A stretch of DNA of 55,318 nt from an uncultured Candidatus Saccharibacteria bacterium (GCA_964577395.1 CAZNYQ010000008.1:1-55318), one strand, 5' to 3'. Positions 18,887-28,595 are shown, numbered from the stretch's first letter. The notes: generated from the sequence alone by a model not told the origin. Made by a program: numbers and translations.

Positions 18887-19126
18887 ATGAAAGATGTTAC
18901 TCTTAAAGAATATGTAATTTTCTGTTTTATTAGACAATTTCTTGAAGATTATGATAAAAGTCCAACAAGAAAAGAAATTGCTAAAGCTTTTTCAATAAGC
19001 ATTCAGGGAGCAGATTATTTTGTTCAGCAGTTACAAAAAAAGAGCATTATTCAATTAAAACAACAAGGTATTAGAAATATTAAAATCTTAAAAAAATATT
19101 TAGCAAAACAGACACATCTTTTCTAA
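18887..19126 (+). CDS. stand-alone LexA-type winged-helix DNA-binding domain
   Basis: TLKE..IF.FI.......SPTRKEIAKAF.IS......LQKK.II......RNIKI; no peptidase domain. Confidence 0.75.
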   Translation: MKDVTLKEYVIFCFIRQFLEDYDKSPTRKEIAKAFSISIQGADYFVQQLQKKSIIQLKQQGIRNIKILKKYLAKQTHLF

Positions 19127-19183
19127 AGATGTTTTATAAAAGAAATTTATAGTTTCTTTTTTTTATTTTAAAGTAGCATACTA

Positions 19184-19211
19184 TTGACTTATCTACATAA
19201 TATGATATAAT
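19184..19211 (+). promoter_or_regulatory. sigma70-type promoter
   Basis: TTGACT-16 nt with TGn-TATAAT. Confidence 0.6.
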
Positions 19212-19262
19212 GTAAATAGTTGGATAAATACAGGATTTATCCTATAATTTAAGGAGGTCTTA

Positions 19263-19730
19263 ATGGAAACGAATGAACAGCTAGTAATGGCAAAGTTTGA
19301 AGGGTCTTACAACAGACCGCAGTTCGTTAACATTAATGATGATAAGACGCTTCATCTTGTATTCGGAGGCAAGAGAGAGCATTTTAGTGTAGTGGTTCAA
19401 GTGTCCCCAGCAAAATACGAGGACGTAATCAGATTAGTGCAAGTATGGGAAAAATATCGAGGCACGCAAGAAGAAGGAGATAGAAAAGTTTTTTCTGATA
19501 TCAATAGAAGACTAATGAAAGCTTTGGGAGGAACTTATGTTGTCAAGAGGACACCTTCAGGTTTCTCTCTCATATCAAAAAGAGAAGACAACGAAGAAAG
19601 GTCTCAAAGTGGTTTTTTTAGAATTGTGACAGTTCTTGGTAATAACAGAGTAGAAGAAACAAAACAAGCTCGGATGTCCTGTTTCGGGAGCTTTAGAAAC
19701 GGAGCTATCGCAGCATTAATAAGTTCCTAA
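19263..19730 (+). CDS. hypothetical protein
   Basis: 155 aa, AAGGAGGT SD, own promoter and terminator. Confidence 0.7.
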   Translation: METNEQLVMAKFEGSYNRPQFVNINDDKTLHLVFGGKREHFSVVVQVSPAKYEDVIRLVQVWEKYRGTQEEGDRKVFSDINRRLMKALGGTYVVKRTPSGFSLISKREDNEERSQSGFFRIVTVLGNNRVEETKQARMSCFGSFRNGAIAALISS

Positions 19731-19733
19731 GTG

Positions 19734-19769
19734 ATTTCCCCATCAGGTAAAACTGATGGGGAAATTTTT
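19734..19769 (+). terminator. intrinsic terminator
   Basis: ATTTCCCCATCAG-GTAAAA-CTGATGGGGAAAT plus T-tract. Confidence 0.8.
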
Positions 19770-19812
19770 AATTGAAAAAAAGAAAGAACTAAATTAAAAT
19801 TAAGTAAAATAT

Positions 19813-20862
19813 ATGTTTAAAAGCTCAAATTCTTTTTTAAATTATTTAAAAAAACATCTCCGAAAAATTATTCTTATTATTAGTTCTTTTGTTTTAGGTG
19901 CAATTCTTTTTGCAGCTGTTTTTTTATATATCGATTACGAAGAAATGGTTCATACTATTTTCAGTTTTAGCTGGCAAAAATTTGTTATCTTTTTAGCAGC
20001 TGCTTCATTGCCTCTTATAATTACAACTTATCGCTGGTCTTTGGTTTTAAAAGCACATGGTTTTAGGGTAAAGTTTAAAAATCTTTTTAAATATCGTTTA
20101 GTTGGTTTTGGGTTTTCTTACTTAACTCCTATTGCTGAATTAGGAGGAGCACCTTTTCGAGCATATCTTTTACAGAAAGAAGGCATTCCTTTTAAAAAAG
20201 GACTCTTAACAGTTATTATTGATAATTTTATAGAAGTACTATCAATGATGGGAGTAGCAGCTTTCAGCGTAATGATTTTTATTTCCCGTATTGGCATATC
20301 TCAAAAAATGGAGTGGGTTATAGGAATAACGAGCTTCTTTTTTGTTTTTTTGGTTGTTTGGCTTTTTGTTCGCTTAAGAAGAGGTAAATTTATTATAACA
20401 GCAGCTTTAAAAAATCTTCATTTTAAAAAAATACAAAAAAGGGTTGCTCGGGTAGAGAAACCTTTTATTGATTTCTTTCAACATAATAAAAAAACTTTCT
20501 ATAAAACAATGGCATTATCTCTACTTGTCTTTGGAATTATAATTTTTAATCTTGGATTGTTGCTTTTTCTTTTAGGCCATTATATTGGTTTTTTTAATAC
20601 TTTTTTGGCTAAAATTATTTCTGATGTTTCTAATTTTTTCCCACTACCAGCTGCTTTAGGAGTTGCGGAATGGGGACTATCTAGTTTTTTTTCAAGTATT
20701 GCCAAAGGAAAATCTGTTGGATTTGTTTTTAGTATTCTCTTTAAAGCGAAAAATCTCTTTTATTCTTTTATAGGTATTGCTTTTTTCTTAGGATGGTGGC
20801 ATAAAAAGAATAGATGGGATAGATTAATTTTTAAATATTTTAAACAAAAGCTTAATGTCTAA
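19813..20862 (+). CDS. lysylphosphatidylglycerol synthase TM / flippase-like protein (UPF0104)
   Basis: YRW..VL, YLTP.AELGG..FR, P.PAALGVAE, multi-TM. Confidence 0.8.
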   Translation: MFKSSNSFLNYLKKHLRKIILIISSFVLGAILFAAVFLYIDYEEMVHTIFSFSWQKFVIFLAAASLPLIITTYRWSLVLKAHGFRVKFKNLFKYRLVGFGFSYLTPIAELGGAPFRAYLLQKEGIPFKKGLLTVIIDNFIEVLSMMGVAAFSVMIFISRIGISQKMEWVIGITSFFFVFLVVWLFVRLRRGKFIITAALKNLHFKKIQKRVARVEKPFIDFFQHNKKTFYKTMALSLLVFGIIIFNLGLLLFLLGHYIGFFNTFLAKIISDVSNFFPLPAALGVAEWGLSSFFSSIAKGKSVGFVFSILFKAKNLFYSFIGIAFFLGWWHKKNRWDRLIFKYFKQKLNV

Positions 20863-21313
20863 AGGCTTAAAAAAAATCATCCAAAGTTTTAAAATAGCTT
20901 TTAAAGGTATTTTAAAAGTTTATGCTACTCAACTTAATTTCAGAATTCAATTTTGGTGGGGTGTGATTGTTATCAGTCAGACTTTTTACTGGCCTGTTGG
21001 CGAAATAAAACAACTCATTCTTCTTATGTTAGTAGTATTAATGATGGTATCAGAGATCATCAATACAACTTTTGAGAGTTTATTTGATTTTGTTGAAAAA
21101 AGATATAATCAAAAGATTGGTCATTTAAAAGATATCTTAGCAGGAGCAACTCTTTTAATGGCTATTGGATCTGCAATTATTGGAACTTTAATTCTTTGGC
21201 CCTATATTCTTCACGTAATTCTTTATGCTTTAATTGAATCAATCATCATTATTATATTAATTTATTCATTCAGAGGATTGCGTGAATTAATGAAATCAAA
21301 AAAAAGAGATTAA
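20855..21313 (+). CDS. dgkA: prokaryotic diacylglycerol/undecaprenol kinase
   Basis: SF..AFKG, Q.NFRIQ, EIINT.FE...D, KDILAGA. Confidence 0.8.
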   Translation: MSKGLKKIIQSFKIAFKGILKVYATQLNFRIQFWWGVIVISQTFYWPVGEIKQLILLMLVVLMMVSEIINTTFESLFDFVEKRYNQKIGHLKDILAGATLLMAIGSAIIGTLILWPYILHVILYALIESIIIIILIYSFRGLRELMKSKKRD

Positions 21314-21342
21314 ATTTTTATATATAACCTCTTTTTTGATAA

Positions 21343-21900
21343 TTAAAGACCTAAATCTTCTTTATTCTCTTTCATAGCCTCTAAACTAATTTCTATAAGT
21401 TCTTCAAGGGATAGCCCAATTAAATCAGGGGCTTTTTTAATAATATCACGATTAACGCCTCGAGCAAAAGATTTATCTTTAAATTTTTTCTTAATAGATT
21501 TTGTCTTAACACCTGCTAATTTTTCAGGATGAACTAAGGCAGTAGCAGTAATCAATCCAGTCAACTCTTCGGCACAAAAAAGAGCTTTTTCCATTAAATT
21601 ATTTAAAGGTAAATTTAAAAGATGATTATGGGCTTTAATGGCCCGGATAATGTCTTCTTCGATATCTTCTTTTTCTAAAATTTCAGCTGTCTTTTGTCCA
21701 TGTTTTTGAGGATTATCTTGAGTTAATTCCCAATCTAAATCATGCAAAAGTCCAGCTAATGCCCATTTTTCAATATCTTTATCTTGTTTAAAATGTTGCG
21801 CAAGTTTTTTCATAACAGCTTCAACTGCTAAACCATGTTTGATAAGATTCTCATTTTTAATATATTTTTTTAAAAGATTTAAGGCATCTTCTCTTGACAT
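21343..21900 (-). CDS. HDIG-domain metal-dependent hydrolase
   Basis: KH.LAVEAVM, GLLHDLD, ELTGLITA, FARGVNR. Confidence 0.88.
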   Translation of the reverse strand: MSREDALNLLKKYIKNENLIKHGLAVEAVMKKLAQHFKQDKDIEKWALAGLLHDLDWELTQDNPQKHGQKTAEILEKEDIEEDIIRAIKAHNHLLNLPLNNLMEKALFCAEELTGLITATALVHPEKLAGVKTKSIKKKFKDKSFARGVNRDIIKKAPDLIGLSLEELIEISLEAMKENKEDLGL

Positions 21901-22023
21901 ATGTTTTTAAAATTACAGCTATATTTTATATTATAACAATTTAATTATAAAATTTCAAAATTCAAAAATTTGCTTTATTTTATAAAAAAAGGTTACAATA
22001 AAAAGAGAAATTAAATTAAAAAA

Positions 22024-22551
22024 ATGAATTTTTTCTGTGCTTTAGCTAAGCAGGCAATTGAAGTTTACCTAAAAGAATCATATATTTTACCATTGCCTCA
22101 AAAAATACCTCAAGAAGCTAAAAAAAGGGCTGGAGTTTTTGTAACAATTTTAAAAAATAAACAACTAAGAGGTTGTATTGGAACATTTACTCCTACTCAA
22201 AAGAATATAGCTCAAGAAATTATTCACAACGCTGTTCACGCTGCTACGCAAGATCCTCGTTTTTCACCCGTTCAGATACAAGAGTTATCTCTTTTAAAAT
22301 ATGAAGTGTCAATTCTTAGTCAGCCGGTCTCAATTCAATCAATCAAAGAGCTCGATCCTCAAAAATATGGAATTTTAATTAAAAGCGACTTTGGAAAATC
22401 TGCCTTGCTTTTGCCAAACCTAGAAAATATCAAAACACCTGAAGAACAAGTTGCCATTTGCTTAAAAAAGGGTTCTATTGATCCTGAAAAAGAAAAAATC
22501 CAAATTTTTAAATTTAAAACTCGTAAATATGAAGGAAGCTCTACTATATAA
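22024..22551 (+). CDS. amrA: AmmeMemoRadiSam system protein A (AMMECR1 domain)
   Basis: GVFVT....LRGCIGT, AATQDPRF, LLLP. Confidence 0.9.
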   Translation: MNFFCALAKQAIEVYLKESYILPLPQKIPQEAKKRAGVFVTILKNKQLRGCIGTFTPTQKNIAQEIIHNAVHAATQDPRFSPVQIQELSLLKYEVSILSQPVSIQSIKELDPQKYGILIKSDFGKSALLLPNLENIKTPEEQVAICLKKGSIDPEKEKIQIFKFKTRKYEGSSTI

Positions 22552-23554
22552 AAAACTTCCTAATAATCAAATTCAATGTAATGCTTGCCATCATCATTGT
22601 ATTATAAAAGACGGTCAGCGTGGCATATGCGGAGTGCGCAAAAATGAAAATGGGAAGTTAGTTTCTTTAGTTTATGGCAAGGCAGCTGCAGCTTATATTG
22701 ATCCCATTGAGAAAAAACCTTTCTTTCATTTTTTACCTGGTTCTTTAGCTTTTTCTATTGGAACTTTTGGATGTAATTTTTCCTGTACTTTTTGTCAAAA
22801 CTGGGAAATATCCCAAGCTCCTAAAGAAGAGTTTTTTTGGCATGAAACTCGACTAGGCAAAGACTGGCTTCCTTCTAAAATAGTTTCTGAAGCACTAAAA
22901 CAAGATTGTAGATCTATTGCTTATACTTATAATGAACCAACGGTATTTCTAGAATATGCCTTAGAGACTATGAAAATCGCTAAAGAAGCTAATTTAAAAA
23001 ATATCTGGATTTCTAATGGCTATATGAGTAAGGAAGTACGACAGTTAATTTTACCCTATTTAGATGCAATTAATATAGATTTTAAGTCATCTCAATACTC
23101 TTTCTACAGCAGGCTTTGCGGAGCTTCCTTGAAGCCAGTGCTAGAAAATATGATAGCTTTGAAAGAAGCTGGTGTCTGGCTTGAGATAACCACCTTAATT
23201 ATTCCTCAAGAAAATGATAAACTAAAAGATATTAAGGCAATCATTAGCTTTATTCGAGATAATCTTGGAAGAGATATTCCATGGCATGTTTCTCGTTTTT
23301 TTCCAGCTTACCAAATGAGGGATAGAGAGCCAACAGATGAGAAAATTATTGATCAAGCAATAAAAACAGCTAGGCAGATGGGGTTAAAATATGTTTACGG
23401 AGGAAATTTACCTCATAAACCAATTCTAAGTAATACATATTGTCCTTATTGCAATACTCTAATAGTTGAAAGGAATAGAAATATTGTGCGACGTTTTGAT
23501 AAAAATGGGTCTTGCCCTCAATGTCACAGAAAAATTAATATGATTTTAGAATAA
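22529..23554 (+). CDS. amrS: AmmeMemoRadiSam system radical SAM enzyme (start ATG 22529)
   Basis: C..C.H.C....G.CGVR, DPIEKKP, GCNFSCTFCQNW, AYTYNEP, HVSRFFP. Confidence 0.92.
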   Translation: MKEALLYKKLPNNQIQCNACHHHCIIKDGQRGICGVRKNENGKLVSLVYGKAAAAYIDPIEKKPFFHFLPGSLAFSIGTFGCNFSCTFCQNWEISQAPKEEFFWHETRLGKDWLPSKIVSEALKQDCRSIAYTYNEPTVFLEYALETMKIAKEANLKNIWISNGYMSKEVRQLILPYLDAINIDFKSSQYSFYSRLCGASLKPVLENMIALKEAGVWLEITTLIIPQENDKLKDIKAIISFIRDNLGRDIPWHVSRFFPAYQMRDREPTDEKIIDQAIKTARQMGLKYVYGGNLPHKPILSNTYCPYCNTLIVERNRNIVRRFDKNGSCPQCHRKINMILE

Positions 23555-23558
23555 ATCA

Positions 23559-24356
23559 ATGATCAAATTCGCTACTATCAATCCTCATCCTCCTATTATT
23601 ATTCCTTCTATAGGTAAATCAGAAACTCCTAAGGCTCAAGCTACTATAGAAGCTATGAGAAAGCTTAAGATTAGCCTAAACAGACTTAAGGATATTAATA
23701 ATATTTTCTTTATTTCTCCTCATCTGCCTTCCACATGGGACGCTTTTACTTTCTTTTACGAAGAAAAACTTAAGGGGAGTTTCGCTGATTTTGGTGACCC
23801 TGAAACTAAATTTGAATTCTTAAGTGCTAAAAAAACAGGCCAAGAAATCAAAACATTAGGAGGACCTATTTTCTCTATTGTTAACGCAACGATCCGCTAT
23901 CTAGATCATGGCACTTTAGTACCTTTATACTATCTTTGGGGAGAGGGAAAACATAAAATTCCTTTATTACCTATGGCTTTCTGTTCTCTTTCTTTGCAAG
24001 AACATTTTAAGTTCGGCAAATTTTTAGGTGAATTCTTTAGGCAAGATAATAAGAATTGGGCTATTATCGCTTCTGGAGATTTGTCTCATCGTCTGACATC
24101 TTCTTCTCCTGCAGGTTATCACCCTCAAGCTAAAAAATTTGACTATCTTTTAATAAAGTTACTAAAGCAACAAGCCACTAATAAAATTCTTAATATTAAA
24201 CCTTCCTTAATTGAAGCAGCGGGTGAATGCGGTTTGAGGTCTATCGTTATTCTCTTAGGCATAATAGCTGGTATGAACTGGAGCTTTAGATTTTTATCTT
24301 ACGAAGCCCCTTTTGGAGTAGGCTACTTAGTTTCAGAAATATTATTTCAAAATTAA
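23559..24356 (+). CDS. amrB: AmmeMemoRadiSam system protein B (Memo/LigB-like)
   Basis: PHPP, ISPH, DHGTLVPL, ASGDLSH, AGECG, YEAPFGVGY. Confidence 0.88.
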   Translation: MIKFATINPHPPIIIPSIGKSETPKAQATIEAMRKLKISLNRLKDINNIFFISPHLPSTWDAFTFFYEEKLKGSFADFGDPETKFEFLSAKKTGQEIKTLGGPIFSIVNATIRYLDHGTLVPLYYLWGEGKHKIPLLPMAFCSLSLQEHFKFGKFLGEFFRQDNKNWAIIASGDLSHRLTSSSPAGYHPQAKKFDYLLIKLLKQQATNKILNIKPSLIEAAGECGLRSIVILLGIIAGMNWSFRFLSYEAPFGVGYLVSEILFQN

Positions 24357-24414
24357 AATTATAGTAGACAATTTAAAGAGTATGTGCTCTTTTTTAATAT
24401 ATTTTGAAAAAAGC

Positions 24415-24443
24415 TTGACAAAAAATATATTTTAACTTAGAAT
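24415..24443 (+). promoter_or_regulatory. sigma70-type promoter
   Basis: TTGACA-17 nt-TAGAAT. Confidence 0.6.
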
Positions 24444-24494
24444 ATAAACAATTAGTCAAAATATTTGACATTGATTTAATTATATATTAAAAAC

Positions 24495-26261
24495 ATGTTT
24501 CAAAAATTTATTACTTTCTTGAGCGGTATTGCCATTATTATTGGTTTATACTTAACGATTGATGCTTTATATCAACCACAAAACAAAACTGTGGCAGATG
24601 TTAATTTTGAAGAAAATTATATCGTTGAACGACAAGATATTGCTAATAAAACTTCTCTAAACGGAATCGTTCAAAGAAAATCAACAGATAGCGCAACTTT
24701 AAATTTTCAAAAAAGTGGCTATATTCAAGAAATATTAGTTACAGAAAACGATACAATTTATCCAGGAGAAACCTTGATGATTATCTCTTCGGAAGCTTCT
24801 AGCGATCAAAAAGAGAACGCTAAAAGAGTTCTATATCAAGCTCAAGCAGATTTAAAAAATGCTTTGAATAATCCAAAAATAACTCAAAAGGTTGTCTACG
24901 ATCAAAATATTGTTAATCAAGCTCAAGCTCATTTAGATCAAATAAGACAACAGGCTGAGCAAAATATTTCATTAGCAGATCAGCAAGTTCAGAATCAATT
25001 GCAAGTTTTAAGAGATCTTGAAAATCAATTACAGGAATTCTATAACCAAAATTCAGAGGTTAATCTAAACCAAGCTAAAGCTCAAGTAAAATCAGCTCTA
25101 AATGAAGCATATTTTTACCTTAATAAAGAGATATGGCTTCATGATCAAATTCAAAAGAAATACTTTAGCGCTAGTGACCAGGTTAGTTTGAAAATTAGAG
25201 AAAAAGAGAGATTAGCTTTCGAAAAATACTATACAGCTAAATGGTACATGGAGAATTTAATTGAAGGAGAAGATAATCCTGAAATCTGGGCTCTTTCGGA
25301 AGCTTTAGAGCATTTTGGAGAAGCTTTACTCAGGCTAGAAGTGGCCTATGAAGAAATTATTGATGGTTTTAGAGATCCTCTATATAAATCACGTTTAACA
25401 GATAATGATAAAGAAGCTATTGATGAAGCTAGAAAAAATATTGCTAAAGGCCAGAATGTTATTATCAAAGCAAAAGCCTTTTGGCAAGAAGCACAGCAAA
25501 ATGTCCCGGATTATCAGGTTCAAATCCAAGAACTTGAAAAACAAAGAAATACTGCTCAAGCAAAATACCAACAACTCCAAGATAATTTTAATCAAGTTAA
25601 GTTCGAAGGACAACAATTAATTAATCAAGCTCAACAAAGCCTAGAAGCAGCCTATAAAAATGCTTATAAAACTATTTCTATTAGTACTCCTCAAGATACT
25701 ACTGCTTTAGAGAAAACTCTAGAGAAAGCTCAAGAGAACTATCAAACTGCTATGTCTCATCCTGATACTTTTCAATTAACTAGTACTCAAAAAGGTGTAA
25801 TTGAGCAAGTCTTAGTGCAACAAGGTGATTATTTATCTCTTAATCAACCTGCCTTTAGTCTTAAAAAACAAGAAAGTTTTGAAATTCAAGTGATTATTAA
25901 CCAAGATATTGAAAATAATTTAAGTATAGGAGACCAAGTTTTAGTTGAAAGCCAAGCTAACCAATTTCCTGCTTATGTGAAAGATATTAAAGACAACAAA
26001 GTTATTCTAGAAACTCTTGTTAGTCAAAATCTTGAAAACAATCAAACAGTTAAGGTTATTTTTAAAACCCAAGAGAAGAAAAACGCTCTTGTGGCTCCAA
26101 AAGCGTATTTAATAGAAAAATTAGATAAAAAGTTTGTTCTTCTGTTAGACGATCAAGGCAATCCTGTTTTACAAGAAATTATAACAGGCATTATTAATGG
26201 TCAATATGTAGAGATTTTAGAAGGAGTTCAAGAAGGAGATAAAATATACTTATCAAATTAA
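24495..26261 (+). CDS. HlyD/MacA-like membrane fusion protein with very long coiled coil
   Basis: N-terminal TM, lipoyl halves (SGYIQEILV.END; GVIEQVLVQQGD), C-terminal VEILEGVQEGD. Confidence 0.75.
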   Translation: MFQKFITFLSGIAIIIGLYLTIDALYQPQNKTVADVNFEENYIVERQDIANKTSLNGIVQRKSTDSATLNFQKSGYIQEILVTENDTIYPGETLMIISSEASSDQKENAKRVLYQAQADLKNALNNPKITQKVVYDQNIVNQAQAHLDQIRQQAEQNISLADQQVQNQLQVLRDLENQLQEFYNQNSEVNLNQAKAQVKSALNEAYFYLNKEIWLHDQIQKKYFSASDQVSLKIREKERLAFEKYYTAKWYMENLIEGEDNPEIWALSEALEHFGEALLRLEVAYEEIIDGFRDPLYKSRLTDNDKEAIDEARKNIAKGQNVIIKAKAFWQEAQQNVPDYQVQIQELEKQRNTAQAKYQQLQDNFNQVKFEGQQLINQAQQSLEAAYKNAYKTISISTPQDTTALEKTLEKAQENYQTAMSHPDTFQLTSTQKGVIEQVLVQQGDYLSLNQPAFSLKKQESFEIQVIINQDIENNLSIGDQVLVESQANQFPAYVKDIKDNKVILETLVSQNLENNQTVKVIFKTQEKKNALVAPKAYLIEKLDKKFVLLLDDQGNPVLQEIITGIINGQYVEILEGVQEGDKIYLSN

Positions 26262-26282
26262 TTAATTTAATTAATGTATTTC

Positions 26283-26313
26283 TAGAAAATCAGCTTATAA
26301 GGCTGATTTTCTA
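26283..26313 (+). terminator. stem-loop / probable terminator
   Basis: TAGAAAATCAGC-TTATAAG-GCTGATTTTCTA. Confidence 0.6.
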
Positions 26314-26355
26314 ATTTGCTTTACTCTTTAAAAAAATATTGTAAAATATATATTA

Positions 26356-26790
26356 ATGCAACAAGAGATTACAATTAAAGATGTTGCTAAGAAAAGAGTG
26401 GTATGCCTAGAAGGTCAAGATTTCTCTGATGCAAAGGCCTTAGGCATGGTTACAAAAATATCCGTTTGGCTCGCTGAACAAGGTAGCAGTATTGCTGATT
26501 TACCCTTGGCAATTATTCAAAAAGATAAAACATTTAAAGTATGTTTTCCTATTGAAGATCAAAAATTAAAAGCTTCCCAAGAATTTAAAATAGAAACTTT
26601 AGCTGGTCACCGTGTCGGTTCTTTTTTTCACAAAGTTTTTAAAAAACCCTTAAGTCAAACTCAAAGCTATTTAGAGAGACAATTAAAATATGAAGGGTAC
26701 GATCTTAATTATCCTTATCGTTATGTATTTCATCAAAATATTGAAAAGAATGAACCCCTAATAGAAATTCAAATTCCTATCCATAAATAA
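26356..26790 (+). CDS. GyrI-like small-molecule-binding domain protein
   Basis: KVCFPI and IEIQIPI termini, GyrI-like length and pattern. Confidence 0.65.
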   Translation: MQQEITIKDVAKKRVVCLEGQDFSDAKALGMVTKISVWLAEQGSSIADLPLAIIQKDKTFKVCFPIEDQKLKASQEFKIETLAGHRVGSFFHKVFKKPLSQTQSYLERQLKYEGYDLNYPYRYVFHQNIEKNEPLIEIQIPIHK

Positions 26791-26836
26791 AATAAAAGGA
26801 GTTTTAGAGAAAAAATTAAGATTTTTTCTTTTTTTA

Positions 26837-26865
26837 TTGACATTTTACTTATTATAAGTTAAAAT
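26837..26865 (+). promoter_or_regulatory. rnpB promoter
   Basis: TTGACA-17 nt-TAAAAT, 6 nt before the RNA. Confidence 0.75.
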
Positions 26866-26871
26866 AATAGA

Positions 26872-27186
26872 GCTTATTAAGTGGTTGCTCTAGTTTTACT
26901 AGAGAGGAAAGTCCGAACACCAATTAACTAAAAAGGTAGTAGTTAACAGCTAACCTTTCTTTGAAAGAGGGAAAGTGCCACAGAAACTATGTCCTGTTCG
27001 CAGGAGTGAAATGTGAGGCTTTTGTCTCTCGCTATTTAGGCGACTAGATAGTGTGGTAAACCCTACCTGGTGCAACCCCATTTATATTGGGGGCTTGTTT
27101 TAAGAGTAATTTTAAAACAGAGGTCTGTCGCAAGACAGGCTCAAGATAAATAACCACCTCGACAGAATTCGGCTTATTTAATAAGC
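26872..27186 (+). ncRNA. rnpB: RNase P RNA
   Basis: GAGGAAAGTCCGAAC...GAAAGTGCCACAGAAA...GGTAAACCC...ACAGAATTCGGCTTA; P4 compensatory CCGAA/TTCGG; P1 GCTTATTAA/TTAATAAGC. Confidence 0.95.
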
Positions 27187-27203
27187 AAATTTAAATATTT
27201 TTC

Positions 27204-28595
27204 ATGAATAAATCTAAACTTATTTTAACAATTATTAAGATCCCTTTGGATTTCGTAATGATTATTCTTGCAGGTATTACTGCATATTCTTTGCGTTTCT
27301 TGCCAATCTTTACAAGCATAAAGCCCATTTATTTTACTTTTACCCTCAGAGAATACTTATTACTATTGTTAATGGGAGCGTGTTTTACTATTGTAATTTT
27401 TGCTTTTGCTGGACTTTATCAAACAAAACACTTTAAAAGTATAGAGGAAATCTTTCATATTATTGTCGCAACGGCAGGCTCTCTTTTAGTAATTAATTTC
27501 TCGGCTTATTTAAGTCAAGTATTCTTTGAATCACGCTTCATTTTAATATTTACATGGGCTTTGAGTGCAATTTTTGTTATCCTGGGCAGAAATATTTTAA
27601 AACTTATCCAACATATTTTAATAAAATATTATCAAATTGGGCTTCATAAAATGATTGTTATAGGCGAAAGCAACGCAACACAAGAAATATCAGCCTATCT
27701 GAAGAAAAAACCTGCTTTAGGATATAAGATAGTTAAAAAATTCAAAAAAATAGATTTTCAAAAATTAGAAAAAACTTTAGAAAAATATCAAGTTGATAGC
27801 ATTCTCCTGGGAAACTCTCATCCTACTAAAGAACAAATTATGGATCTTTTTAATTTATGCTCTCAAAAATCTGTTGATTTTCGTTTCATTCCGACTAACT
27901 TTCAAGCTTTAACTGCTGGACTTACTATGGAAACATTAGGCGGATTCCCTTTGCTTGAAGCTAAAAGAACTCCCATTGAGGGTTGGAGAAGAATAACAAA
28001 AAGAATTTTTGATCTAATTTTTGGAACTATTTTTCTTATTTTTTTAAGTCCAATTTTTACCATAACTGCCTTCTTAATTAAGTGGGATTCTAAGGGACCA
28101 ATTTTTGCTAAGATGCCTCACCGAGTTGGTAAGGGAGAAAGAGTTTTCTTTATGTATAAATTTAGATCAATGATTCCCGGAGCACAGCACATGAAAAAAG
28201 AATTAATGAAATTGAATGAAAGAGAGTATGGTAAGGGACCTTTATTTAAATTAAAACAGGATCCTCGTATTACAAAAATAGGAAAAATTTTAAGAAAATA
28301 TCGTATTGATGAATTTCCTCAATTAATTAATGTTTTTAAAGGAGATATGAGTCTTGTTGGTCCAAGAGCTCATGAAATTGAAGAAGTAAAAAAGTATAAG
28401 GGAAATCATAAAGCAGTCTTCGCCATCAAACCAGGTATTACAGGATTAGCTCAAATTAGCGGTTCTTCAGACCTACCCTTTGGTGAAGAAAATAAATTAG
28501 ACCTTTATTACATTGAGCACTGGTCCCTATGGCTTGATATTAAAATTCTGATTAAAACCTTCTTCTTTATGTTTACAGATAGAAGCGCCTGCTAA
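27204..28595 (+). CDS. polyprenyl glycosylphosphotransferase (WcaJ/WbaP-like)
   Basis: KRIFDL, YKFRSM, DPRIT.IG..LRK.RIDEFPQL.NV.KGDMSLVGPR, KPGITGLAQ. Confidence 0.93.
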   Translation: MNKSKLILTIIKIPLDFVMIILAGITAYSLRFLPIFTSIKPIYFTFTLREYLLLLLMGACFTIVIFAFAGLYQTKHFKSIEEIFHIIVATAGSLLVINFSAYLSQVFFESRFILIFTWALSAIFVILGRNILKLIQHILIKYYQIGLHKMIVIGESNATQEISAYLKKKPALGYKIVKKFKKIDFQKLEKTLEKYQVDSILLGNSHPTKEQIMDLFNLCSQKSVDFRFIPTNFQALTAGLTMETLGGFPLLEAKRTPIEGWRRITKRIFDLIFGTIFLIFLSPIFTITAFLIKWDSKGPIFAKMPHRVGKGERVFFMYKFRSMIPGAQHMKKELMKLNEREYGKGPLFKLKQDPRITKIGKILRKYRIDEFPQLINVFKGDMSLVGPRAHEIEEVKKYKGNHKAVFAIKPGITGLAQISGSSDLPFGEENKLDLYYIEHWSLWLDIKILIKTFFFMFTDRSAC

